NCBI GenBank assembly: GCA_964349275.1
Contig: CAYGFT010000004.1
Location: 1 to 39,648 of the forward strand
From: an uncultured Candidatus Saccharibacteria bacterium
Lineage (GTDB): Bacteria; Patescibacteriota; Minisyncoccia; Ryanbacterales; 2-02-FULL-48-12
Direction of reading: 5' to 3'
Length of the DNA stretch: 39,648 bases
Positions 39,382 through 39,648 of the stretch are shown in pieces; the first letter of the stretch is position 1, and each line of letters opens with the position of its first letter. The notes under the pieces are model-generated. The model saw only the letters and a list, made by a program, of their open reading frames with translations. It was not told where the DNA came from and searched no databases. A program made the translations under genes and the position numbers.

Positions 39382-39548
39382 AAAAAATAAAATACCCCTT
39401 GTTTGTGGGGTATAAAAAGTATCGCACTGGCTCCGAATGCCGTATGTTGTTTGTCCACAGCATCCGCCATGTTCCAACGTCCACACCGCGCTTCTGCGCC
39501 GTCCATTCTGGCTACGATAGCCAGTGCGACGATTCACGACTCTCGTGA
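39382..39548 (-). ncRNA. Candidate structured RNA ending in an intrinsic terminator
   Basis: 12-bp closing stem 39421-39432/39519-39530; inner 10-bp stem with minus-strand G-U pairs; terminator 39382-39413. Confidence 0.35.
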
Positions 39549-39648
39549 CAGGGTTACAAAAAAAGCTATCGAAATATGGGGGGTTGGGGGATCAGAAAGG
39601 GGGATCCCGGCAACGTGCACGAGCCGTGAACACTGTATTGGAGGAGGG

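Noticed and set aside
39578..39603. G-tracts suggesting a G-quadruplex; minus frame ending RCRDPPF resembling an RAPP-type arrest motif
   Set aside because: Only three close G tracts; the frame is cut by the window edge and cannot be assessed.

Overview
Chromosomal window (standard code 11) that looks like a Patescibacteria/CPR (Parcubacteria-like) genome. This is inferred from gene content: a four-gene minor-pilin cluster, GerMN/Gmad2, DUF3105, SIMPL, CAP, M15B carboxypeptidase and scattered glycolysis genes. Recognisable genes: DUF1428, two YkgJ-like Cys-cluster paralogs, YdeI/OmpD, GFA, VanY-like, DUF2585, cupin, dus, gpmI-eno, AI-2E, lysozyme/SLT-like, CAP, pterin dehydratase, PD-(D/E)XK nuclease, His-phosphatase, a zwf-gnd-pgi-ROK operon, an orphan efflux MFP, a B12-radical SAM, pilins, SIMPL, pyk, a stand-alone tRNA-binding domain and a methyltransferase. 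Many ORFans lie between them, each with its own promoter and terminator. I saw no CRISPR, rRNA, tRNA, integrase or transposase. Best leads: (1) a structured 5' leader whose stem covers a probable non-AUG (ATC) start of a secreted lysozyme-like gene; (2) a 6S-RNA-like rod at 18181-18321; (3) a split between leaderless-looking genes and strongly SD-led ORFans; (4) a UGA at a conserved Cys position followed by a SECIS-like hairpin; (5) several unannotated microproteins and structured intergenic RNAs. All family calls come from motif recognition by eye, not from database searches.
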